Origin: Selaginella moellendorffii
Lineage: Eukaryota > Plantae > Lycopodiophyta
Length of the DNA: 64,000 bases
NCBI RefSeq assembly: GCF_000143415.4
Contig: NW_003314323.1
Location: 1,097,767 to 1,161,766, forward strand
Direction: 5' to 3'
Position numbers and translations under genes: made by a program. The notes below the pieces were generated by a model. That model was not told the origin of the DNA, searched no databases, and saw only the letters and a program-made list of their open reading frames with translations. Positions 12,074-24,500 of this stretch are shown in pieces. Position 1 is the first letter of the stretch. Each line of letters starts with the position of its first letter.

Positions 12074-14939
12074 TCAGTGAGCTGTTTGGTGAGGTAGGGT
12101 GCAATCTTCAGCAGTTGGCCGATGTTGATCTGAATATTTTGATTGAGGATAGTCTTTGCTACTACTTGGATTTTGTCGAAGTTTGCCGAATTGTGTTCTG
12201 GTGTCGGTGTCGATGTTGGACGATTTGTCTGTCCATTTTCTGATATTGAGTCTTGGCATTGTTGTCAGCTGGTGATGGTTGAGCTTCATTGTCGGAGTCT
12301 AAAATCACTAATTCGGGTTGTTGTAGAGCGAGTTGCCATTGTATCTTGGCAGCTAACTTTTGCTTCTTTTTCCATTCCCGGAGTTTTGTTAGGCTCTCAG
12401 GGCCTTTCTGTTCACTATCTCCGGAATCTCTGTCTGGTTGTTGTTGTTTTTCTGCTCGAATTTGTGCTCGGGTTTGTACTGCCATGACTTGAGGATCTGA
12501 GTTGTCATTGTCGGCATAAGGTAGTTCGTCAGTCTTGACCATCCTTGTTGTTGGTGGTTGCTGCTGGTTCTGATCTTGTTGTCGAGGAGGCGGTGGACCA
12601 AGTCTCGGTGGTTTTGAAGTCAAGGTTGCCATGGTCGGTTGTTATAGGTGCCTTGGGAGGCCTGGTCTTGATAACCTTGGCCTTGGTATCTTCGGTTCTG
12701 GTATCTTGGGTATTGTTGGTATCCTTGGTTGTAGTTGTCTCGGTTTGCTGGGTAGTTCCGGTTCGGTGGGTGTTGTCGATCATTGTAGTTGTTGTTGTAG
12801 TTGTTGTTGTAATTGTTGTAGTTGTTGTAGCGAGGTTGATCATTCCATTGTCGACTCTGGTGTTGGAAGTTGTTTCTCGGTGGTCTCCAGTTTGTCGGAG
12901 GTGGTGGCTGGTAATTGTCGAAGTATTGATTTGGATATGGTTGTCGAAACTGCTGTCGGGGATAGTTCGAGACTTGTCGAACTTCTGGAGAATTTCGAAA
13001 TCTGCAAGTCTTGGCGTCATGACCTTCTTTGGTACAGATCTGGCATTTGGAGATTTGGAGCTTGTAGTCACTTGCCGGATGTCTTTTGTTCTTGCACTTA
13101 GTACACCAAATTCCAGATCGAAATTCTTTGATGTCGGCCTTGGCTTTTCCCTTGAGCTTGTCGATTGTTTTCCTAAGTTTCTAAAGTTTTGACTTGGTGC
13201 TCTCTCCAAGTTCATCATCGGAGTCATCGTTGGAACTGCTATCAGAATCTGAGTTATCCGTGTCATCTACTTGTGCTGTCATTCGTCGAGCTTGAATATC
13301 TTGAAGGGCTCTTGCAAGTTCGAGATAAGTGGCAACGTTGATGTGTGTTGCCGCTTCTCGGAGGGATCGTCGGAGGCCTTGCATGTACCATTGGTAAAGT
13401 AATGTTTTGGTGGCACTGTTGCCGCATTTGCTGGCATGTCGAGTGAAGGTTTGAGTGTAGTCGTCGATGGATTGACCAGACTTTTGCTTGAGTTTTTGGA
13501 TCTTGTGAAGTCGTTGGCTTTGAGTGAGGGAAGACTTGAATCGGTCTACGAGTTTGAGTGTGAGGTCGTCGAAACTTGTATTTTGAGGAAGCGTTTGAGC
13601 CCATTCGTTGGCTCTCTTTTGAAGGGTACATCGGAAATAGTATGGAAGTTCAGTCGTCTAGCTGTTGATTCGGATTGCTTCTCGGAACTGTTCAACATGT
13701 TTCTCGGTGTCTTCTGACTTCAGACCATGAAATAGTGGATAGGAGACGTCTTCCGACATGTATGTTGGCAACGGCGGTAGTGACTGCCATTTGCTGTTGG
13801 TAGTAATGTTGGTATTGTCGAGGTTGTTTTGTCAGTTTGTCACCGTGGAGTCCTAAGGTGATTTGTAGCAAGGGGTTGTCGGGGTCGACAACAAAGTTGG
13901 TGTAAGAGGAAGGTGGTGGTGAAATGTTGTTGTTATTCAGTGGACTCTTCTCTGTTTTTTCTTCTATGTTGGGATTGTTTTCTGGTGTGTCATCGATGTC
14001 GTCGTCAGTGTCGGGTTGCTTGCCGGTGTTGATTTTCGGAAGATGGTGTTTGAACTTGTTGTCGACGTATTTGTCGGAGTTATGTTGTCTTGGTTGTGGT
14101 TGTTCTTCTAAATTGTCAAAGAGTTCTTCAAATGTATAGTTGTGTGGGGATTGTGGTTGCTGTGGAAGATTGTTGTCGTCAACGATTGGTTCGTCGATCT
14201 CGTTGTTGTTGGATGATTGTAGCTGTTCGGCAGTTCGGTGCGAGTTGTTGACGTCGAGTGCTTGACTATTGGACGATTCGGGTTGTTCGTCTTTACTGCT
14301 GTTGACTGGGTATATTGGAGTGCGACTGTAATTAGTGAAGTCGAGTTGTTGTCTCATTGGCGCGTTGAAGTCGAAAGCATGTTCGAAAGGTCTTGCTGAT
14401 AGCGGGCTTCGGTAGATGTTGGAAGCAAATGTGGGATATATTGGTGTTGTGAAGATCGGTCGGTATGGCGAAAATGGTGCTGGTCTGGTGAAGTCTGTGA
14501 AGCTGGGCGGGAAACTTGGTCGTTCGTCGTCACTGTAGATGGGGTTGGTGAATGTACCTTTGAAGTGGTTGTATGCTGCTTGAAAAATGTTTTGTTGCTC
14601 GGGCGTAGTCTGTGTCGACTGCTCAAATGTTCGGTCGGGCTCGGGCACTTTGGTGGGTGCCGTCGAGGGTGTTGATTCAAGCTCGGGCACTTCGGTGGGT
14701 GCCGTCGAGGGTGTTGATTCAAGCTCGGGCACTTCGGTGGGTGCTATCGAGGGTGTTGATTCAGGCTCGGGCACTTCAGTGGGTGCTGTCGAGGGTGCTA
14801 CCGGTGGTGTGTCTGGTGGTGTTGTGTAGTCGTCGTATTCTTCGCAGATGTCCGATACTGACTTGTCGGAGTTAGCTCGCGGTAATAATTTGTGTCGGAT
14901 GTAATTCTCTCTCTTGGAGGGTCTAACAACTTGATTCAA
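12074..14939 (-). pseudogene. gag: gag region of element B with long low-complexity N-terminus and zinc-knuckle remnants
   Basis: Upstream of PR; ORFs 13692-14939, 13181-13384 and 12162-12632; C..C...GH motifs at ~13000-13115; Asn/Thr-rich tract at 12780-12830. Confidence 0.7.
14636..14800 (-). repeat. In-frame tandem repeat in the B gag N-terminus (unit STAPTEVPE(L/P)ESTP, ~4 copies)
   Basis: gctcgggcacttcggtgggtgccgtcgagggtgttgattcaa repeated with 42-bp period. Confidence 0.85.
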
Positions 14940-15008
14940 CTTCTCTTAGTCTTTCTTTCTCTTTGTTTCTAAAGTCTTCAAATCTCTATCTAAACATCGG
15001 ATAAGTCG

Positions 15009-15985
15009 TTGTCGGTCTTCTTCCGACTTGCTGGATGTTCTTCGTGGTTTTGGATACATGCATTCTTCTACTGGTTGTCGGTGTCAGATTCGTGTGTGCA
15101 ATCAATCATGCAGTGCGGGCAGAACTTCGGGAATACTGTTGGCGGGCTAATTGTCGATAAAGTTGTTGTGAGCTTGTTCGTTCTTTTCAGTGCACATATT
15201 GATGGTGGTGTGTGTTGGGTTGGGTTGTGTTCAGCCGAGTTGTGTTGGGTCGAGTGTGCTGGTGCAGTATGCAGACTGGTCTTCCACTGGCTGGTGCCGA
15301 GATGGAGTTCAATGAAGAGTTTCGGATATTCGGGTTTGTCTGGAATGATTTCTTCGATAATGTCATCGAGTTGTTCGAGTTAGGATTGGGCGATGGCGTG
15401 ATTGGCGAGAATTGTTGCAGCGAACGTGTTGATTTCAAACCGAGTTTGAACTGTTGTTTTAGTGCTGAGCTGCTGACTTTGTCGGAGGGGTTGTTGAAAA
15501 ATTGGTGGTGCGTTGTGAAGTTGTCCCTCGACAAGTTGTCCAATACCGGGTAACAGAGTGATGGGTTCATCGTTGGTGTTGGTTTTGAGGATGTGCTTCG
15601 GTATTTGGAGTGGGCGCAGGAACTGGAATTGTGTCGGAATGCTAGGATTGCTGGGTCCACAATTGCACGGAAGATGGGTTTGTTTCGGTAGTGGTGTCGG
15701 TTTGTGTTGAGCGTGCTGGTTGATGTCTTGAGCTTGGAGTGGGTGGTCTTGTGCTCGGAGATGGAGTTTGCCAATGAAGCTGCTGAGGGCGTTCGCTGAT
15801 GAAGGTGCTGGTAGATTGGAGTTTCTTGTCAAAGAGGGTTGTTGGTGTTCTCCGTCGGTGATTGGACTTGGAGATCTTGAGAGAGAGCTTTCAGGTTCTT
15901 CAAATATCTCCTCTAGAAAGTGTCTGTCTTTACTGCATTGGGCAGCAACCGCTTGGACGCCGTTGATCCATGGTGGCAGTGGCAT
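15009..15985 (-). pseudogene. Additional upstream ORF of element B (before gag), frameshifted, unknown function
   Basis: Overlapping ORFs 15380-15985 and 15187-15774 lie between PBS and gag, in the element's sense orientation. Confidence 0.45.
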
Positions 15986-16151
15986 TTGCGTGTTGAATTT
16001 GGGCGAATGTACGAATTAGGGCATAATTTGGGCGAATTTGGGCGAGATGGGTAGATTTCTGGATCGTTCTTGCTATTTGTGCACAAAGAATGGAGAAAAA
16101 ATGGAAGAATTTGTGAACCTGAAGGGGAATTCAGAAGCTGTGGTTGCCAAA

Positions 16152-16446
16152 TGAAGAGGTGTGAAAACTCCTCTTCACTGGAAATCTATTGTTAATAAGA
16201 AAACAAAAGAGAAAAGGGCCCAATCTCCAAGGGCAGAGAAGAAGCATGAGTAAAAGAATGTTGTGTATTGATAAGAAAAACGATGGAATGGAGATAGGGA
16301 TCCACAATTCGGATTCCCCCCTTTGAAAGGCTAGCAGTTCTAACTGCTAGCATATACTATATGCTATGCATGATTTAATCTATGGCTCCGATGCAGCCCT
16401 AGGTTCAAAGTCGGAGTCCCCTGAACTTGGGTTTTTGGTTGATACA
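16152..16446 (-). repeat. 5' LTR of element B (295 bp); the 3' LTR survives only as 3874-3944
   Basis: First ~71 bp nearly identical to 3874-3944; PBS-like TGGCAACCACAGC follows on the minus strand (16137-16149). Confidence 0.88.
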
Positions 16447-17329
16447 CTAGCCCCGAGAATGGCATCCATGCCATTCAACGTTTGCATTTGGTCCAAGTGC
16501 TCCATGTGTCTAGTCCCATGATCGACACCCCAAGGCACCACCAACATACCAACCCGTTACGCTAGGCCATGCTCAATCACCTTGGTCACATCGGTGGTCT
16601 AACACCACCTGCATTGCAATCCTGTCTTTCCAAGATTGGGCCATCTGTCCATGAGTGGTCATCCTAGATCCACTCCTTAACATCCTTAGAATGCCCACAG
16701 ACATAAGGAATAGCTTTCCCCAATATCTCCTTTCTGGTTCCCACCAAGTCCCTCTTTGTCCTTGGCCGTGTTTGCCAACACCGCCACTGGATCAAGGCCC
16801 ACAGGCCCGACCACTAAGTCCCACAGTCCTTTGGGACTTCCTCACCGCACGACTATATCCTTGGTCACTACACCAGAGGACTACTCCTCTTCCTTTCCAT
16901 AGTCTGGGCCTTTGGGACAACATTTCGGAACACCGTGGCCTTACGCAAGCCTCGTGGGTACTCTCCCCGCCTTCCGCCTTTGGGTGCTTTAGCCATGGGC
17001 TTAGAGTGAGGTTTCGTTGAGCCACGTCTGGTATCCAAGTAGGTAGTGCCACCCACACTTGGATTGGGAGCATCGGCCAGTTGATCTTCAGGGGGAACTA
17101 AAGCCGACTCTTGAACACTTCACCAAGTTACCTCGTTTGTCGGTCTGTATTCACTCTAGTCTTGGACTTCCCAGTGGGCAGCTCATCACCCAACACTGGG
17201 TACAGCCTTCCTGGGCCAAACTAGCCTTTCCTGGCCAAACTGGCTCCACTGTAGTCTTCCCCCTTACTATATTTTTGGAGCTCACCAAACCCCCCAGGGT
17301 CTGGGAGACGAACGCTTTGGGCTTTCACC

Positions 17330-17737
17330 CTCTCGGGCTCGGGCTCAGGCGCGGTCTCGAGCCCGAGCGCGGGCTCGGGTGCGGTCTCAGGCTCGAGCGT
17401 AGGCGCGGGCGCGGTCCCGGTCCCGATCGCGGTCTCGGTCTCGGTCTCGGTCCTGGTCTCGGTCTCGGTCTCGGTCTTGGTCCCGGTCTCGGTCTCGACC
17501 TCGGACTCCATCTTGGACTTCGTCTCGGTCCATCTTGGACTCCATCTCGGACTCCATCTCGGGTCCATCTCGGACTCCATCTCAGACTGCATCTCGGACT
17601 CCGTCTCGGTCCATCTCGGACTCCATCTCGGACTCCGTCTCAGTCCATCTCGGACTCCATCTCAAACTCCATCTCAGACTCCATCTCAAACTCCGTCTCG
17701 GTCCATCTTGGACTCCATCTTGGACTCCATCTCGGAC
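17330..17737. repeat. LTR-A internal minisatellite (6-bp GGTCTC units, then 11/12-bp GGGTCCATCTC / GGACTCCATCTC units)
   Basis: Directly visible tandem array; the same array is in all near-complete A LTRs. Confidence 0.92.
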
Positions 17738-17968
17738 ACTTCCATGTGTCATGTATTGGTCCTTTTGGGTCCCTTTTTAGAGCCTCGCTTATTGCTCGCT
17801 TCGTGCTCATTCCTCGAGCACTTTGTTGGGAGTTCCACTCCTGCTCTCAACCTTTTAAGGCGGAGCTTTAACTCCAAACGTGTTACGCTCGTTTGGCTTT
17901 CGCTTTAGCCACTACCACGTGACGCCCTTCCGGCTCCACTTTGGGGCCTAGGGATTTTGTGTCTCACA

Positions 17969-20900
17969 CTTATGTCCATTTGGCTAAGTATAGGTGCTAA
18001 GCCCAATTTACTAACACTTGAACAAGAGGGGCTGATAAAGGAAACTAGCAATACCAACCTCTTGCCATCGTGACGGTAAATAAAGAGTGTCTGTAAGGAC
18101 TGGCTGACAGGTAACTTTCGATACCCAAAGTTACATTCGCGACACTCTCCCCCCCTAGGGAAGATCGACGTCCTCATCGATGCATACTCGAGTCTAGAAT
18201 ACTGCCAAGAAAACAACTCTAGAAAAAGTTCACGGTACTCACACTATGTGAAAAATGCACCAAATGAATTAAGAGTCAACCTCTTTGTCTAATGCGGCTG
18301 CACTACCAGCTCAGACACCTTCCAGCCGTCACCGACAAGGAAATGATCAATGGAGTTAGCCACCCTTGCTACTCTAGGTGTCACCCAAATTACAAAAGTG
18401 TGATATGCCCCTGCCTACAGGGACATAGAGAAAGAAGCCAGAGGCCCCAACCCTCTTGAGCAAAGAAACTAAACCTGTTGGTAAGATTTAGATAGACTAC
18501 TGTAAACAGGTAGGTAGAGTTGTTTACATAGTCACACCCTTTTAAATAGAATAAGGAACATCAACAGAGAAGCGGGTTATGTGACCAATCAATAGCAGCT
18601 ACTCTATGACTAAAGATTTCACCATACACACGAAGTGCCGAAGCCAGTCTGCCTATACTGGCCCAAACTTAAAGATTAATAGATGGACAATATCAAAGTC
18701 ATAGAAAATGATATCTTAGAGTCATAATTATTAGTGAATAAATCTTAGATTATAACATAAAAGTATTCCAAGTAAGTTATCAGCCGATAAACGAGTACTA
18801 TACCAGAGGAACCACCACGATCGCCATAATCGGTAAACACAGGATGCACCATCCAACAAAATTGAATAGTAAGTATATCATTAAGGAAACTCAATGATAA
18901 AACTTAACTACCAAAGATTGTAAACAGTATGCTACATTTAAAGAACTCAAAAAACATAAAGTATTATTGACTGGCAAGCAAGATGCTCGCGAATTTATCA
19001 CCCAAAGAAAATAACATCCCAATCTATCAGAATTACTTGAACAATAATTAACAGAGCAAAATGAATGTGGTAATACTAACAAACACTTATTCATGTTAAT
19101 TATAGCACCAACCAATCTAAATACATCCTGATCAACAATACTAAAGAACCAAAGTTGCTCAAACAAGTGTTAGCAACATCCTACTGATGTTTCAAACCCA
19201 AGAGACCAATCCAGAGCAAACCACAAAGAACATGAAAAGCCATAAGCCATCAAATAGCATAATTAACTATTATAAAAGATCATCAATCATCCCATCAATG
19301 AAGAGATGCATAACTATCATTGAATAAAGAATCCACCATCCCAAAGAATAGCGAATCATCAATATCAACAATAATCAAGCAAAACTCTTTTGACAAGGAT
19401 AATCAATTACTCTAAATGATAGTTAATCATCACCAATGATTGCTAGATGTAGAAGCCAATGTCAACATCGAAGCTAATAAACCAAAATGCCTTCCCCAAC
19501 AACTTCTAACAAATGAAATAATGAACATAAAACTCAAAGAACCAAAAGTTTGAAAAAGCCTATAACTAAATCTTTGTCTATAATGATCACAAGTCTTGCA
19601 TTAAATAACTTCAATGTTAAAGAAGAAATCATGGTACAACCCATAATATCCTCCTCAACACATCCATAAGCTAAACTTCATAATGCCAAAGCTAATGAAG
19701 AGCATGTCTACATCAATCCAAAAGTTAAGCATAACAAAGTTATGTTAAACAAACGATCACCAAACGATCCTCCATGAATCCATCTATAGCAAGACGTAAG
19801 TCACTTCATAACAAACACAAGAAGAATCATCAATGATCAATATATTCCAATTCAAATCCAATAAGGATTCAAACATTCTAACATCGATCACTAACTCTTC
19901 TGCTTGTAGAGTTAACATGGTCCATGACTAAATCATTTTTCAAGGAAAAGCTCAAAGCTCAACCCCTACTAAACAATCTCGTCTAGAATACAATTAACTC
20001 AACTTGCTACTCAGTTCATTTGAACATCAATACAGTTGCTAACTAGCAATTGTACAAATACTAATAACACAAAGCCATAGCCAAATCATCAACATTATCT
20101 TCATTGAGACTAATGGAACTCGACATCAATCTTTCGGAAAGACATTTCATTTCACTCGAATCTCAATATCAATAATATCAATGACAAGGGATCACTTAAA
20201 TGCCATTAACACCATCACAAAGCTAAAAGAAAGCAAGAGTGAATCACCACTCAAAACTCTTTTGCAACTAAGCTAACCAAAGTCGAAGATACTTTAGTTA
20301 GTATCCGAGACAAGTTCTTCAATAATACTTAGCTATAGATAACACTTCATCAATGAGTGAATCACCACACCCAAGACTTAATGAAATCCAACACTACGAA
20401 ATGGAGAGAAATGATTTACGTGTTTGATCCTTCATCTTTAACAACTCTCTTTTTGGTTTCATCTTTGATTAAACCTCAAACTTGCATTTGCACTGCCTTC
20501 AGTTCAATCAAAGAAAAGTTTATGACAGAGCACGGCACTACTTGAACCAATAGACTAATCCCTATAGTCTTGATTGATCCACTTGTAACCATGCCTAGGA
20601 AGGATCCACTAGTGCTATGTTAAACAGCTACGGACTAGCTTATTTACCACTCATAGCAAACCCAGGAAAAGGTTTATTTAACCCACGGTACATGGAACAA
20701 CTCATGGAACTACCGATAAGTTAACATTAATCCTGCCAACTCAAAGTGTAACCTTGAGTTGCTAATGTGCTTCACTCACGAGCCCAAGCATAAACTTGTG
20801 CAAATGAAACTTCCCAAATCCATCTTATGAGCCCAAGAGCAAGCTCATACAATGCAGTACAAAAAGGTAACCAAACTCCATACCTAAGGAACAATTGCGA

Positions 20901-21530
20901 AGTGTTTGCACCCAAATGTGTACCCACTCGGATCATCGTTTTCATCTCTGTATATGCAACAAGACTAGTTGCCCAATCTCATTGGATAGTACTCACTGAG
21001 ACTCATCCTCTAATACCAAATGTAGCACACGTGGCTTTTACCCTTTATCCTATGGTGATTTACCATAAGATAACACCACGAAGTGAAACCTAAACCCTTT
21101 ATATGCCATGTGTCTTATGCCATGTGCTACATGCCACATGTCCATAGGATAGTGGTGTGGAACCCAAGGTTCAGGGCCTTGGGCCACTGAACGAAGGAAC
21201 AGTGCCAAACTCCCAAGCATGGATCTAAGAAGTGATGGAACCAGACCACGGAGCAACTCTTGAGCATACAGCCCAAGGAGCGAAGGAACAGGAGCCCAGA
21301 GCAACTGAAACAGTCCTAGAACAACCAGCATCCCAATGCCAGAACCAGCATGCAAAATGGAGCTAAACGGAGTCTAGCGCTATTTCGGCATACTAGTGGC
21401 CTAACATGAGGATATGGGTACTCCACCAGCTAGCATGGAATGGAACTTGGGCTTGGACTTAGGCCGGACGCAGAACAAGGACAGGCATGCAAGCGGGAGC
21501 TAGACTATGCCTCAGGTTGGTTGGCCATGC
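17969..21530 (-). mobile_element. Element C: decayed LTR retroelement (3' LTR remnant 17969-18144, ~2.9 kb internal, 5' LTR from 21021)
   Basis: LTR end ttcgcgaca at 18144 with adjacent minus-strand PPT (TAGGGGGGGAGAG); minus-strand PBS TGGTATTAGAG at 21008-21018 beside tgtagcacac; related LTR pieces at 40510-40963 (inverted) and 42981-47593. Confidence 0.7.
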
Positions 21531-21539
21531 CCGATCTAC

Positions 21540-24500
21540 CCACTATCCCTACATTTGGAACTACATTCAGATGTCTTCATCCTTGCCTTCTAGCTTGCTA
21601 ATTGTGTCTTTTGAGTCATCTCTTAGGTCAAGTTTCTCCCTAGTGAACTCCTCAAAATCTTGCCTAAACTCTTCTTCTCCTATAGCTCCCCTCTGTGCCT
21701 CTCGATAAGCCTTGTATTCTCTGGCACTAATGAACATTCATACTTGTTTCTTGAGCTTTGAGATTCTCATCTCCTACTGCAAAGCCTTTTTTTGTAGCTC
21801 CTTCTCTAAGGATCTAGCCAACTTGATTGCCTCAATTAGCTTCCCTACATTCATGACAATCTGAAGCTGCCATAAGCTCTTGCAATGTTTGGCTCTCCTT
21901 TAGGATTTGATTGTTCTTTTGAACCTTTGCCAGTTTGTTTTCATCCTGGGTGCTGAACTCTATAATCCATTGTTCAATTTATGATTTTTATTGTCCATAT
22001 GCCTTCACCAAATGTTGCACAACCTCCAGTAGCTCCTAGTTCTTATCACAAAGCTGCTACAAATCAATGACTTGCTGCATGGTTTCTTTAGTGGCTAACT
22101 CTATTAGATCCCCCTGCATCTCTTGAATCATAGCAAGAGTCTTCTCTTGCAATTGGACTTGGGTTGCCATGAGCTGGTTCCATATACCCAAGGCAATGGC
22201 ACATCTTCCCTATATCCCCAAATTGCTAGCTGAGGATGGAATGCTTCCATCCCTAAGTATGCTTGCAAAATTTGCTACAGAGTCACTTATGGAAGAAAGA
22301 TTCTTGGCCCCTTGAATGTCACAACCATATGCTAGAGCCACTAATCTATGAGTCCACTCCAATCTAGCTTGATCTCAACTGCTAACAACCACTCAATCAC
22401 ATAGTAGCTCCAATGGTAGATCCTTATAATTGAAGCCTAACTTAGTGTTGTCATGCTAGAAGCATCCATACAAAAAATTGGTGATGGTATCTTGAATGGA
22501 AAGTGAACTATCACTTTCCTTCAGCCCTTGCTTATAGTCAATTGCTCTTTGTTGTGTCTTGCTCTTGATCTCCTCAACATCCATGGTCATCCCTTTTTTG
22601 AAAGATAATGATATCACTCACACTAAAAGCTCTAGTGTGAAAGAAATCTCCACACTAGGCACCTTTCCGAACTAAATCCTTCAATTCAGTCACTTCTGTA
22701 TTGTAGCAATATCTTCTGACATAATGTCCCACTTGCCCAGTAGTGCTTAGATGGCACAAACATTCTACAACACCACTACCTTCTCAACCTGTGTCTTGGA
22801 GCACCCTTGACCTGGAACAGGTTATCAATCGCAGTTGAATTTTCAGTCCAACCAATCTCCTATAGCACAAAGCCTTCACAATGTTCCTTATTGCCCACTA
22901 GGTAGACCTCAAGTGCCCACATTGCTTCCTCCTTTGTCATTGGCACACTCAGCTTGCCAATTTCTTCTTGAGTGATGTTGGATTTCAATCATGACTTCAA
23001 TTGACTTCAATTGACTTCAATTGGATTTCAATCCTGACTTCAATTGACTTCAATCCTGCCTCTCTTAGTTGGAGATGACTCTTTTGCATTCTTCCTAACT
23101 CCTATAGTCTTGCATCAATAGATTTCACTTGCTCTATAGTCACAGATTCTCACTTACTTTCTATAGGAGGATCTATTCCCTTCTTCTTAAGTGATGATAG
23201 CAAAGGGGGCAACAGCCCATCTTGGTTCTTGCCCATCACTCATCAAGATGTAAGCTGCCCAAGCTCCTCCTCCCTACTCCTCACCTTGCTGAGATACCCT
23301 AAGTGTGAGATACCCTTAGGCCATATTCTTCATGCTGCTTAATTTGGGTTATCAATCTCCCAAGGTCCAATTTAGACCATTGCCTGGGACTTCATCATTT
23401 CTGCCTGCACCAAGATCCTTGAGAGGACTTTCACCTGAATTAGATTCTTACAAAATTTCTAATCTAGGGAATCCAAAGTCACTTTCACTTTGTTTTCTTC
23501 CTTTTCTTTTTTCTCTCACTTGTCTTTTTTTTCTCTTTTTTTCTCTCTTTCTCTCTTTTGTCTTTTCCTTCACTCTCCCCCTTTGCATTTCCTTCCTTAT
23601 TTTGCTTCCCCAAACCAAATTCAACCTCTTGAAACACAAATGAGTGGTGGCGCAAAATGAGCTTTAGAGGATTCCTTGGTAGTGCCTCCTACAAAATCAA
23701 GGTGTTAGGATGAGTCCTGCTCCACCCTACCACTCTGTAAAGTCCTATGATATCCTATGCGAAGCTCCTCTTCCTGATGTTCATGTCTTGGGCATACACC
23801 ACTTCATCCATGCCAAATGATGTTGGATTATGATACCTCTAAACATACCTCTTAGCCTGGATTTGTTGGGTTGCTTCCATATTCCTTTGGCAAGTTGCCA
23901 CATTGTCTTGGATCAACCTACTCCCATATGCCAAGTTGTTTTAGTCTAGATTTTCATTAATATTCCCTAGCCAAAGTTGTGCATCCGCTTTAGATTTCAT
24001 AGGTAGAATCATGGGGTACCCAAGGAGAGCCTCTCATGGACTCATCCTGATGCTTTTTTGCCTAGTCAATCTGTATTCTAGCAAGCATTCTGGGATCATT
24101 TCCTCCTAGTTCTTAGCACCATTTCCCTATATGTGTGACTTGATAGCTCTAATGAGTGTTCTGATGCCCTAGGTTAGTAGGCTGAAGTATTTCGGTGCTA
24201 GATCCCTCTTGACTTCAATTTGGCCTCAAACTCACCAATAAATTCTCAATTGTTGTCACTAGTACCCCATACTAGTAAACCATATCTTTAAAGAACCATT
24301 AGCTTACTTTAATGGCCTCCTTCAATTAGAGTGGAGCTGCCTTTACCCACTTTGTTAGCCAATTGATGGCCACTACTACATAGCTATTTCTAGTTGTTGA
24401 TTCCTGGTACTTCATAAGATCTATATATACCACTTTGAATGGCTTTGAAGGAATTTTCATCAATTTGAGTTCCACATCCTTCTTGATCCTAGCCAACTTC

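Larger units (their letters stand above)
3874..16446 (-). mobile_element. Element B: Ty3/gypsy non-chromovirus (Athila/Phygy/Selgy-like) LTR retrotransposon, degenerate, 3' part disrupted by hAT
   Basis: TG...CA termini; TSD CTAGC at 3869-3873 and 16447-16451; LTR start tgaagaggtgtgaaaactcctcttc at both 3874 and 16152; gag-PR-RT-RH-INT order on minus strand. Confidence 0.93.
122..17968 (-). mobile_element. Family-A LTR retroelement (older copy): internal region 122-3757, 5' LTR split into 3758-3873 and 16452-17968 by element B
   Basis: 122-3757 is colinear with ~57800-61466; Met-tRNA PBS next to the LTR; LTR halves rejoin across TSD CTAGC; LTR ends ...ttttgtgtctcaca at 17968. Confidence 0.88.

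Noticed and set aside
8620-13192. Plus-strand ORFs of 200-270 aa (8620-9423, 10252-10965, 12545-13192)
   Set aside because: Antisense shadows of element B gag-pol; no independent motifs.
22978-23056. (TTCAATTGAC)n short tandem repeat
   Set aside because: Ordinary slippage repeat inside decayed retroelement D.
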